From the NCBI GenBank assembly GCA_001662655.1, contig KV460209.1: a stretch of DNA of 64,000 nucleotides; one strand, given 5' to 3'. The stretch comes from Pseudogymnoascus verrucosus (Eukaryota). A program made the position numbers and the translations under genes. Positions 11,665-22,192 of this stretch are shown piece by piece. Within the stretch, counting starts at the first letter, position 1. The number at the start of each line of letters is the position of its first letter. The notes beneath the pieces were generated by a model, which did no database searches, had not been told where the DNA came from, and worked only from the letters and a program-made list of their open reading frames with translations.

Positions 11665-13794
11665 ATGGTGAAACCAAAAACCTCAAAGGGCGCCAAAGGC
11701 GCCAAATCCTCCGCGCCGAGCGACACAATCACCGACCCCCGCTTCGCCGCCTTCGCGACAGACCCCCGCTTCCGCCTCCCCTCCAAGAAGCACACCCGTA
11801 CGAAGATCGATAAGCGCTTCTCGCGCATGCTCGAGGATGACGACTTCTCCAACACAGCGACGGTGGATCGGTATGGGCGCAAGATAAGCAGCAGTGGGAA
11901 GAAGAAGGCGTTGCAGAGATTGTATCAGCCTGAGGAAGAGGAGGAGGAGGAGGAGAGCGGCCCGGAAGACGAGGCTGAGGTCGAGGATGATGCGGTCGTA
12001 GAGAAGGAGTTGCGTCGCGCGGAGGCGGGGTATGATCCTGCGCGCGGCGGAGGCTTTTCTTCGTCGGAAGAGGAGGAGGAGTCGGAGATTGAGGAGGACG
12101 AGGAGACTGCTGTTGATGAGACAGGGGCGTTCCCCGATCTGCAGGCAGAGCAGACGGCGGTGCCCATGGGAGAGGTATCGAAACGAATCGCGGTGGTGAA
12201 TCTGGACTGGGACAACATTCGCGCGGTGGACTTATACTCCGTCTTCTCGAGCTTCGTATCTGGAGCCGGGCGCATCGAGCATCTGGCTGTGTATAAGAGC
12301 GAGTACGGGAAGGAGCGCATGGAGAGGGAGGAGATGGAAGGCCCGCCGAGAGAGATTTTCGCGAAGCAGAAGGCTGAGGAGGAGGAGGAGAGGGATTCGG
12401 AGGAGGATACTGAGGATGAGGAGGAGAGGATTAAGCAGGACCTCCTCAAGCCCGATGATGGAGAGGAGTTCGACTCTGGCGCTCTGAGGCAGTACCAGCT
12501 CGAGCGACTACGCTATTTCTACGCCATCATCACATTCTCGGATCCGCAGGTCGCGCACCGCGTGTACGAAGCCACAGACGGAACGGAATATCTCACATCT
12601 GCGAACTTTTTCGACCTCCGCTTCGTGCCCGACGACACCGAGTTCGACGACGTGCCGCGCGACGAGTGCTCCGCCGTGCCGGAGGGATACAGACCCACTG
12701 ATTTCGTGACCGACGCGTTGCAGCACTCGAAGGTGAAGCTGACGTGGGACGCGGACGATGTGAGTCGCAAGGACACGCTGAACAAGGCGTTCAGCGGCTC
12801 GAGGGCCGAGATTGGAGAGAATGACCTCCGTGCGTATTTGGGGAGTGATAGCTCAGAGAGCGAGGGCGAGGACGAAGAGGAGGTTGTGGCAGATGATGTG
12901 CCGAGGTTGACAAAGAAGGAGGCGGCGAGGCAGAAGATGCGTGCTGCGCTGGGGTTGTCGGCGGAGCCGACGAAGTCGAAGAAGGTCGAGGGGCCGGTGG
13001 GGGATATGCAGATTACCTTCACTGCTGGTCTGTCGACGACGGATAAGGATGATGGGGGCGTGTTCTTGAATAAACCGATTATCGAGGAAACGACCGCGGA
13101 GGCGTATATCCGTAAGGAGAAGGAGCGTAAGGCGCGCAGGAAGGAGAAGGCTAAGGCTACGCGCGAGGGCCGCGATGTCGATGCCGAGGCCGAAGTGGTA
13201 GAGGAGGACGTCGCTGAGCCGGAGGCGGATCTAGGATTCGACGACCCCTTCTTCGCGACAGACGAGAAGGTGAAATCGAAGGCGGCGTCTGACCTCCGCA
13301 AGGCGGCGCGGGCGAAGAAACACGCCGAGAAGAAGGCTCTCCAAGACGCTGCAGACGAGCAGAAGAAGGAGCTTGAGCTTATCATGACCGAGGGTGTTGA
13401 CGAGGGCGGATCGAGGGAGCACTTCGACATCAATGAGATTGCGCGCGCTGAGAAGGCCGCGAAGCGCGGTGGCAAGCGCGGACGCAAGGGTAAGAGCGGG
13501 GAGGTCGAGGACCGCAAGGGAGCGCTGCAGAAGGGGTTCGAGATGGATGTTGCGGATCCACGTTTCGGCGCACTGTTTGAGAGCCATGAGTTTGCGATTG
13601 ATACGAGTAATCCGAAGTATAAGGCGACGGAGGGGATGAAGAAGTTGTTGGAGGAGGGGAGGAGGAAGAGGAAGGGTGATGAGGGGGAGGAGGGAGAGGA
13701 GAGGGTCGTGGGGAAGAAGAGGAGGAGGGAGAAGGGGGGTGGGGAGGAACTGGGGAAGTTGGTGGAGAGTGTTAAGAAGAAGTTGGCAAGGTAG
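11665..13794 (+). CDS. ESF1: Pre-rRNA processing protein Esf1
   Basis: DPRF...DPRF N-terminus, KIDKRF, VDRYGRK, RIAVVNLDWDNIRAVDL, LRQYQLERLRYFYA, FFDLRFVPDD, NUC153-like DPRFGALFESHEFAID; ATG 11665. Confidence 0.95.
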   Translation: MVKPKTSKGAKGAKSSAPSDTITDPRFAAFATDPRFRLPSKKHTRTKIDKRFSRMLEDDDFSNTATVDRYGRKISSSGKKKALQRLYQPEEEEEEEESGPEDEAEVEDDAVVEKELRRAEAGYDPARGGGFSSSEEEEESEIEEDEETAVDETGAFPDLQAEQTAVPMGEVSKRIAVVNLDWDNIRAVDLYSVFSSFVSGAGRIEHLAVYKSEYGKERMEREEMEGPPREIFAKQKAEEEEERDSEEDTEDEEERIKQDLLKPDDGEEFDSGALRQYQLERLRYFYAIITFSDPQVAHRVYEATDGTEYLTSANFFDLRFVPDDTEFDDVPRDECSAVPEGYRPTDFVTDALQHSKVKLTWDADDVSRKDTLNKAFSGSRAEIGENDLRAYLGSDSSESEGEDEEEVVADDVPRLTKKEAARQKMRAALGLSAEPTKSKKVEGPVGDMQITFTAGLSTTDKDDGGVFLNKPIIEETTAEAYIRKEKERKARRKEKAKATREGRDVDAEAEVVEEDVAEPEADLGFDDPFFATDEKVKSKAASDLRKAARAKKHAEKKALQDAADEQKKELELIMTEGVDEGGSREHFDINEIARAEKAAKRGGKRGRKGKSGEVEDRKGALQKGFEMDVADPRFGALFESHEFAIDTSNPKYKATEGMKKLLEEGRRKRKGDEGEEGEERVVGKKRRREKGGGEELGKLVESVKKKLAR

Positions 13795-14882
13795 AGGGGG
13801 TGTGGTAATAAATTCAAATTGATATGTATAAATTTACGATGAATCAACGCTGGATCTAATACATTGATGCTTTGACTATGCGAATGTTGCAACTAACACT
13901 CTCCTCTACGTCATGCATATATCGGCAAGATATTCTTGAGGCTCACTTCCCACCAGAAGTTGAGCACTTGTGATTTGAGCAGCAACTCGCATAAGAACTT
14001 CGTTCGGAGAATTATGGGGACGAGGCACAGAAACGACAGCAGAAAGAATACAGGGACTACGAAGCCATGCGAGATTGATGGATCCACGGAGATCGGACAC
14101 CCCTTTGTCTACAAAGGCAGCTATGTAAAGTACTGCATGCAGACTCTGAAGGGCAATACGAATTACAATATCGGTGCCAACTATCATCCGGAGGAGCTGA
14201 TGACCGATCCTCATGATTTCAACCACAACAGTAACAGAGCTGCGGCAACAAGAGCGCCACGACGACTAGAGCGCCACAACGACAAGAGGCCCGCGACAGC
14301 AAGAATACCCCAACAGCAGCAGAGCCACCGCGACACAATGGAAACACCGACACCGAGGCCAGCAGCACTGGATCCGCCGCCACCTACTGTCTCGTCCGCT
14401 CAAACAGGACTGGGCGGCCGTTTTTATCATGGATCCTTGGTTTGATTTTCTAGTGCAGGATCGTTAATAAAGCAGGTGTAAGATGCCGCCGGATTCTTGA
14501 CATAATATGATATGACTGTTCACCATGACTCACTCGGATGGTAAATCAATTTTTTCATAGTTCATATTACAGACAACTATTTAAGTAACTCCATGTCTTG
14601 CGCACACGCAAAAAATCTATAAAAACCAGGATCTCATCCGCCCGCCCAAACATATGAAAACAGTCCATCCATCCAGGTGGAGGGGTATATATACCGATTG
14701 TTAAAAAGAAAAAAAAATATACAAACAAGAAGGTTGGTCTGATCTGAGCTCTGTTGCCGTTCTGACATTCGATAGCGCGTGTTATTAAAATGAAAATAGG
14801 TGTCGACGAGAGACGGAATGAATGACGGCCTTGGGTAGGCGGAACGTATTTTGAAGTCGAGAGGGGGTTTTTTTTCGTCCCT

Positions 14883-16796
14883 CTAGGCTAGGCCTTCGAC
14901 TTTGGGGTAGAACCATGCGCTGTGGGGTGTCAGTGGATAGTCGACATAAAGAAGAAAAGGGGAGACTTACGTTACTGCGATGATGACATAGAGGCAGTTA
15001 AGCATGATGCCCTCAAGCCAATGTGACTTTCCATCCCTATAACCCCATTAGTACTCGTTCCAAAATCAGGATACCACTGTAACTCACGAAATCAAATAAT
15101 TAACCAACAAAACCGTCACAAACAGCACCGCAACCTGAAACCCATCAAAACTCAAATTCATCTCATCCTTCCCCATACACCACCCCAGGAACACCGTAAA
15201 CGGCAGCACCAGCAGCGCAATCTGCATGCTACTCCCCACCGCGACCCCGATCGCAAGGTCCATCTTATCCTTAATCGCCACCGTCACAGCCGTCGCGTGT
15301 TCCGCCGCATTGCCCACGATGGGGAGGAGAATCAGGCCGACGAATTCGGTGCTGATGGCTCCGGTAGCGGTGATGGCGTCGATGGATCCGACGAGGTATT
15401 CGGCGCAGACTGCAACGACGGCTGTGGATGCAGCGAGAAGGATGACAGCGGTGTAGATGTGCAACTGCGGCTCCTCTGGCTCATCGGGAGTCTGCTCATA
15501 CGCCATCGTATTCATAAGTCCATCCTGCTCATTCCCCTCATTCAAACTATCCCCCGCCGTGCGTCCCTGCGCCGCGCCCACGGCCCCAGCGGCTGCGAGA
15601 CCACGCTGGATATTACCGGGCGTGAGATGCTTCTTGCGTGGCTTCATTGGGACTTTGCGGGACTCCTCGTTGTACATTGTAGAATGCGTTTTGAGCTGGA
15701 AGAGGAGGTACATGGCGTAGACGAAGAGGAGGATGATTGAGGTGCCGCGCGAGATGGCGGCTACCTTGTCGACGCCGGTGTTGGAGACCCAGAGGTCGAA
15801 GACGGTGGGGATGATGACTGAGGCGATGGCGAGGACGAGGAGGGAGGCGGCGGTTTGGGCGACTGTTGTGTTGAAGAATTGCTCTTCGCGACGGAGACCG
15901 CCGAAGAGGAAACACATACCCAGGACGAGGAGGAGGTTGGAGAGGATGGATCCGATGAGGGAGGTTTTGACGATGACGATTTCATCTTTTGTCAAAGCGA
16001 TGACTGAGACGATGACTTCGACCGCATTACCGAATGTGGCGTTGAGGAGTCCTCCAAGGGTCTCGCCTACGCGCAGGGCGATTTCTTCGGTGGCGTAGGA
16101 GAGGAGCGCGGCGAGGGGGATGATGGCGATGAAGTTTACGACGAAGACGGCTATGAAGTTCTGGTGCGTCGCTCCCAGGGCAATACCGACTGGCGCGGCG
16201 ATGAGGAAGATGTTGACCCATGACCCTAGGAATATCGATCTAATCTGGCTGGCAACAGTGAACTTCTTGTTTGCATGTTTTGGCGCCTTCGTCTCCTCCG
16301 AATCCGTAGTCTCAGGCCTCTTCTCCTCCTTACTGTGCTTCCCGAACCTGGAAAGGAAGCGAGAGCGCGCTTTCTCCTCCTCGCTCCGCGGCCGGGCGGT
16401 GGAACCAGTTCCGGGGACTATGGTATCCTCGCTCGTGATGCCGGCTTCTTTATCGGCTGCGGAGATGGCGGGGGCGGTCGCGGAGCCGGCGTGGCTTCCT
16501 GGGCGGTTTATGATTCCAGGCTCGATGGGGCTGTGTGGTACTGGCTCGGTGTTGGCGTGGCGTACGTGAGGCACCGCCTCTTCTTCGTCGTATGTCGTCC
16601 TCGGATCATGGCTCCTGGTGCGGCTAAATGGATTCCTTGAGTCGGACCAAGCCTCGCGCCTTGCGGCGGATTTAATCCTATCTGGAGAGTGTTAGTTCTG
16701 GCTCGCGACGGTGGTGGAATTGGGTGAATTTTTATTTGTCGCAACTGGCGCGTTTGAAGCTCGGGATAAATTCACGCTTGGGCCACACTTACTCAT
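14883..16796 (-). CDS. Vacuolar Ca2+/H+ exchanger (CaCA family, VCX1/CAX type)
   Basis: GGLLNATFGNAVE and LLPIVGNAAEH alpha repeats, MDLAIGVAVGSSMQIAL; 4-nt first exon (ATGA, intron 16792-16682); two short 3' introns give DGKSHWLEG...AWFYPKVEGLA*. Confidence 0.93.
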
Positions 16797-18325
16797 ATTG
16801 GCGGTTCGAACCTGCGATTGAGAGTTGGGTTTGGCTCGAGAAGGGTTCAAGATCTGTCAAAGATCTTTCCACTGTCTATGCGACTCCTTTAATCGAAGTT
16901 GTTCGTGGTAGCAAGTGTTGTGTTTTGGAGGTATACGTAGGTGGAGTTCGGTAGTGCCCGTGCTCGTCGTAATTATGCGGGCTGTGGTTTAAATGAGATG
17001 ATCAGCAATTATACTGGCAACTCCTTCCGCTGGGGAATGTATTCACTTTTAGTATGGCAATAGGATGATTAGGGCTTGCATTTCTCTTCAGTTCTCTGTC
17101 AGACAGCGCCACCAACGATGATGAATATGTGGGCAATGGGCCGCAACTATAGCAGAACGGGGGATAAAGGAAATGTTGGTTGGTTGTACTCTCCATGTTC
17201 TACACTAGACACACAAGCCACACCAAAACCAAGTTGTTTGTAGCTGGACAGGGGGCGGAGAAGACAAAGACTGGGTGACCAGTGAGCGATTAAACCGTTG
17301 GTTCCAACCGTGGAGACAGCAACGGAGCACCAATCTGGAACAACAACCTGGATCAAGAACTGGCACAGCCCCATATCGATCGACTTCGGGCAATTAACTG
17401 AGTTCTACTACGTACGTATATAATCCGTGTTAGTACCCATATTACTCTAGGCATAGGCGTATTATGGTCTATAGTAGAGACCTAAGGGCGGACAATCAGC
17501 AGCAAACACTCGGCCGCTGACGTGGAGGCCGGTTACTCGTCATGCATCCGCCTGGAAATAGAGCGGTGTCTCTGTCTGACACTCCCCTCTCCTCAGCCAT
17601 CTTCCCATGTGTCTTAAGATTAAAGACCTTGACTGAACAAAAGGAATACATACTAGAACATATACAGCTCATCCCATTCCGTTGTATCTCATACCTCAAA
17701 AACACCCCCTACCACTGGAAGTTCGGCTGTACCCACTACTAGCCCCCTACCAACTCAATCGAAGCTTTGCTTGGATTCTCCAAGTTAGTGTCGATCCCGC
17801 TTCCAAGGAGTCTTAATTTCAAGAGATGATCCATACTAAATCACGTGTTTGCCACTGCTTCAGCCACACTTCGAGATGTATGAGTGTCACGTGAATGATA
17901 TGGTATGCGTTCATATGCGTTCAGACTTTAGGCCGCATAGAAAGGCTTCTTGTAGATGGCCTTAATCCGTTGTTGGTGACCTTGATCCTTTGTTGACGAC
18001 CTAGATCCCCTTGTTGACAGCGGTTGCATAAGTAACTGTAAGCCGCCGTTGGTTGGGTGGTGCCAACATTCTGGGCGAGGCAAGTTTTGAGACCCCCTTC
18101 TACCAATGATTTTTGACGGGAGACAACACACATATGTACACACATGCAGCCTCGCTTGTCTGATTGGGAAGGCACGGTTTCTCAAACATTTTTAGCCGAC
18201 CACCGAAACTCTATACCGCCAAATGGGCAAAAACAGCGTTTTCTCATATCCGGATCGACAAAAATCACCCACCAACATTATAAAACTTCAAAATATTAAT
18301 TAAATTGATTAAAAGAGCCAAAAAA

Positions 18326-18414
18326 GGGCCTAATCCGGGATTGAACCGGAGACCTCTTACATTTTGAATTTTTTGGTTCCCAAAGCAAGAATTCTACCAC
18401 TGAACTATCAGGCC
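18326..18414 (-). tRNA. tRNA-Pro(TGG) with a ~17-nt intron
   Basis: Reverse complement GGCCTGATAGTTCAGTGGTAGAATT-CTTGC TT TGG G [AACCAAAAAATTCAAAA] T GTAAG-AGGTCTCCGGTTCAATCCCGGA-TTAGGCCC; the acceptor stem pairs and oligo-T follows. Confidence 0.92.
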
Positions 18415-18439
18415 TTTGATATGTTGATGCTGGGGATTA

Positions 18440-18935
18440 GCTCAGTACATGTGAGAACTGGCTGATGCTGATGACTGTCTAAAGCTATATTTACAATTAT
18501 TCTACCATTCTAAGCCTTATGGGGGATATCTCTAAGTATAGAACGTGTTAGTACAAGTGAGAAAGGTAAGTGGTTGATGGTGGTGGCTGATGATGCTATA
18601 ATTCCAGTTTTTCTACCTTCTGACCTCGACGCGGCTTCTCTCTACGGGGCCCATCTATAGAATCTCTCTCTGAATATAGGATGTGTTGGTACAAGTGAGA
18701 AAGGTAAGTGGCTGATTATGGCGGCTAGTGGATCTATAATTCCAATTACTCTACTCTTCTGACCTGTACGGGGCCCATCTCTACGAGGCCTCTCTCCGCT
18801 CCAAGTATATGATGTGTTGGTACAAGTGAGATGACGGTGGTGGCTGATAAAGCTATAATCCTAGCTGTTCTATTTTTCTGACTTCTGCCTGGCCTCTCTA
18901 TGCGGCCTCTCTCTATGAGACCTCTCTCTAAACAT
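18440..18935. repeat. Degenerate tandem repeat, four units of ~105-138 bp
   Basis: Core GTGTT(A/G)GTACAAGTGAGA at 18545, 18683 and 18814 (diverged AGTACATGTGAGA at ~18444), each followed by GGCTG...CTATAAT...TTCTGAC...CTCTCT. Confidence 0.85.
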
Positions 18936-18966
18936 CGGCCGTGTTTGTGAGACCGCGTCCCATCCC

Positions 18967-19761
18967 TCACTGAGCCACCATCCTACGCCTCACATCCTCC
19001 AACTTCTCGCTCTGCCTCCCCTCCCCATCAAAATTCCCCTCCCCCAACCACTCCTCCAACGCCCTCCCCGCCACCGGCCACCCCCCCTCCACCATCGCAA
19101 ACCACGCCGTATCGCGATTGCGCCCCCTAACCACCATATGACACTTACTCACCCCCTCATACTCAAACCCCAACCGCAGCGCCGCGCGCTTCGACGCCTC
19201 ATTCAAATCATTACACTTCCACACCACGCGCCTATACCCCAGCTTAAACGAATGGCCTAGCAGCAGCCAGTTCGCCTCCGTTGCCGCCACGGTCCTCTGC
19301 AGGGCTGGCGCGTATATCACGTTCCCGATCTCCAGGCTGCGGTGCGTGGGGTTAATCTCGATTAGGGAGACCATGCCCATTGGTACGCGCTCTGCTCCAT
19401 CGCCGGCATCAGTAGAGATGACAAAATACTGCTTTGAGTCCCTATCGTTATTGACGAGACTATTCATCGCATCCTCGAACTCAGCGAACTCGGGAAACGG
19501 GCCGCGGAGCATGTAATCCCACAACCCCGGCGGCGCGGGGGGTAAACACAGCGCTTTGTGCAGCAGCGGGTAATGGGTGGTGGACAGAGGGGTGAGGGTG
19601 CACGCTCGTCCCTCTAGAGTGGTCGGTGGTGGGAAAGGGGGTGTGGGCGTTTCAAGGAGCTGACCCATGGGTCTTGGTGTTTGAGATGCCTCCTCGGCGG
19701 TGGGATCGGTCGACATTTTTTGTTTCAATTGCGGCTTGCTTGGTGGTTCACCCTCCGTCAC
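18967..19761 (-). CDS. GNAT acetyltransferase, RimJ/RimL-like
   Basis: HRSLEIGNVIYAPALQRT...GYRRVVWKCNDLNEASKRAALRLGFEYEG...RGRNRDTAWFAM. Confidence 0.92.
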   Translation of the reverse strand: MTEGEPPSKPQLKQKMSTDPTAEEASQTPRPMGQLLETPTPPFPPPTTLEGRACTLTPLSTTHYPLLHKALCLPPAPPGLWDYMLRGPFPEFAEFEDAMNSLVNNDRDSKQYFVISTDAGDGAERVPMGMVSLIEINPTHRSLEIGNVIYAPALQRTVAATEANWLLLGHSFKLGYRRVVWKCNDLNEASKRAALRLGFEYEGVSKCHMVVRGRNRDTAWFAMVEGGWPVAGRALEEWLGEGNFDGEGRQSEKLEDVRRRMVAQ

Positions 19762-20989
19762 TTGGGGAGGGAAATGAGGAAGTTATTGACCCCATCGGAG
19801 ATGTTTGGAGTAATGACTCAACTCTTCGTATGCGCCGTATTTCTGGGGGGCAAGCTACCTGGTCAACCCCGCTGATTGGCAATTTGGGGTCCACATTTGA
19901 AGAGTCACGTGATGTTTCGGGTTATGTGCAGTAGCTCCTTGGCCACCTCTGGACTCTAATTTGGTTTCGTTTGAAGGAAGCTTAGGATTGACATGAAAGC
20001 AAATGCCGAAGCTTACAGTATTTTACAGTAGTAGGTTGAAGGAGCTGCGCGATGGATTGGATATTGACGTAAAATGTAGTCTTACAGAGAAGCTATGTAA
20101 GCAACACAGGAACACCGCGCCGAAAAGATATGAGTGCATCTGAAATTCGTTGCACAGCCTCCACAGGTTCAATGTCCGATCCCCGACATCTCCTCTGGAG
20201 CCAATCCCGGCCTGACAGCAGGACCAAGCATTACCTCAAACACGATCGACAGTGTCAGCGCTTCTGGCCCGGATGTCATGTTTGCCGTGACAGCACCTGC
20301 TAATTACAGAACAGCATGGCGCCATAACACTTGCCGTGACAGAGTACTGCCGTAGCCAGGACCATTGACTATGGTCATACTGCACCATGCTGCACCATCA
20401 GGCTGTCACTTAATGCCAAGCTGCCAATCTGACGACGGCGGCCGCCCCAACCCCCCAGTTCTACTAATTTTAGCGCCCTGATTTCCCGTTTCTCGCTGGA
20501 ATTAGCCAATCCGTGGTGCCTGGGCTAGACCCCCTATAGCCCCCGTCGGCCAAGCACTACAACTCCCGACGTCAAGTGTGCCATGATCACATCCTCAAAC
20601 CATCTGCGGACGGACGCCCACGGTGCAAAGCCTCCTAAGGGGACGGCAAGGGACATTAACTGCAGGTAGGTGAGACGAACGAGGTAAGAGCGTCGGATGT
20701 CTCCGTGTTTCTTATGTCGCCCTCTTATTGTTTCGCACGTTTCGTCTGATGTGCTGTGCGGCAAGAGAGTGCTTGGTTCCTCCCTGCGCCTCCAACAGCT
20801 CCAGAGATATATAAGAAGCCATCTCAACACCCTCAAACTCTCTCAAACTCGCTCAAACACTTCAGTCTATTCTTCTTCGTCAATAATTTGCTGTGCAAAC
20901 AAAACATTCACTACATTCTTACCTTAATAAACATTTTACCAACCACCCACCAATCAACCTTCACCCAATCAACTTCCACCACCTTCAAC

Positions 20990-21730
20990 ATGCATTTCTC
21001 CGCAGCAGCCATCCTCCCCTTCCTCTCCGTCGCTGCCGCGCAGTACGGTTCCTCCGACTACGGCTCCTCCTCCACCGACACCACCAGCAACGCCCAAGCC
21101 GCCACCGACACCACCACCACCACCGCCGACGGCGCCACCGTGCACAAAGTCCTCGTCGGCCAAACCGCCCTCACCTTCTCCCCCTGGAACCTCACCGCCG
21201 CCGTTGGCGACAAGGTTGAGTTCCACTTCTACCCCACCACCCACTCCGTCGCACAAGCCGCCTTCGACAAGCCCTGCGAGCCCAGCTCCGACACCGCCTT
21301 CTTCTCCGGCGGCGTCACTACCCAGGCTGCTACGAGCGGAAAGACCAGGCGCCAGACCGCTGCGGATATGAAGATCTTCACCATCACCGTCAACGACACA
21401 AAGCCCATCTGGTACTACTGTGGCTTCCCCAACCATTGCCAGGGCGGCATGGTCGGTGTCATCAACCAGGCTGCGACGGGCGCGAAGACCATTGAGGCGT
21501 TTGCGGCGGCTGCGAAGAAGGTGGCTAAGACTGTTGCGCCTTCCACGGTGCAGGGTGGTACTTGGGGAGCTGCGGAGGTGGCGAACGGTACCGAGACTGG
21601 TGGTGCTTCGACCCCGTCTTCGTCGACTGGTGCCGCTTCTGGCCTGATGGAGAGGGGTAGCTACGGAACTGTTGTGGCTGCTGGGCTTGTGGCAGGGCTT
21701 GCCGGGATTTTCGGTACTCTGTTGGTTTAA
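20990..21730 (+). CDS. Secreted, probably GPI-anchored cupredoxin-domain Ser/Thr-rich protein
   Basis: Signal peptide MHFSAAAILPFLSVAAAQ; type-1 Cu ligands HSV and WYYCGFPNHCQGGMVGVIN; hydrophobic C-terminal tail. Confidence 0.88.
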   Translation: MHFSAAAILPFLSVAAAQYGSSDYGSSSTDTTSNAQAATDTTTTTADGATVHKVLVGQTALTFSPWNLTAAVGDKVEFHFYPTTHSVAQAAFDKPCEPSSDTAFFSGGVTTQAATSGKTRRQTAADMKIFTITVNDTKPIWYYCGFPNHCQGGMVGVINQAATGAKTIEAFAAAAKKVAKTVAPSTVQGGTWGAAEVANGTETGGASTPSSSTGAASGLMERGSYGTVVAAGLVAGLAGIFGTLLV

Positions 21731-22192
21731 TGCGGTGGATTGGATTGTATTGGGATTGAGGGGGGAGTTACATAGCATAGTGCAGCGCACGGCTGGAGTT
21801 AATAGGGAATATTAAATTCAAATTTTCACTTCATATGAATGTTTTAATAAATGGCTGTGACTTCTACTGACATGATGACCCTTTCCACGGCAAGTTTGCT
21901 GAAATAGACGGGGACCGATCCCCAGACTGACCATGTATCGGTCTGATCCCAAACTCATAGACCCGACCGTGATCTGGTCTGGTCTGAAACCGTCAACCGA
22001 AGAGGGCCCCCCTGAGTTTCTTGGCAGACTTAGTGCTTCTATCGAGTGCGGGTTGTAGTAGTAGATTGGATTATTACTGCTTTTTCGGGGATTTATTCAT
22101 TTAGTCCCTGGTGATTTTGAAGATTCACTCTGTCCTTAACGTCTATCTACCATAGCGCAGCCGACAGCAAAGGTCAGATGTGAAAGCGCGAT

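Noticed and set aside
12519..13892. 457-aa antisense ORF (similar shadows lie opposite the WSC peroxidase, VCX1, cupredoxin and GH51 genes)
   Set aside because: Ser/Phe/Pro-rich mirror frames produced by the strong codon bias of well-supported genes on the other strand
13936..14445. 169-aa ORF between ESF1 and the Ca2+/H+ exchanger
   Set aside because: Non-ATG start, no domain features, cannot be supported as a gene
18440..18935. Repeat array as a CRISPR-like locus
   Set aside because: Eukaryotic context, no cas genes, and the intervening sequences are homologous to each other rather than unique spacers
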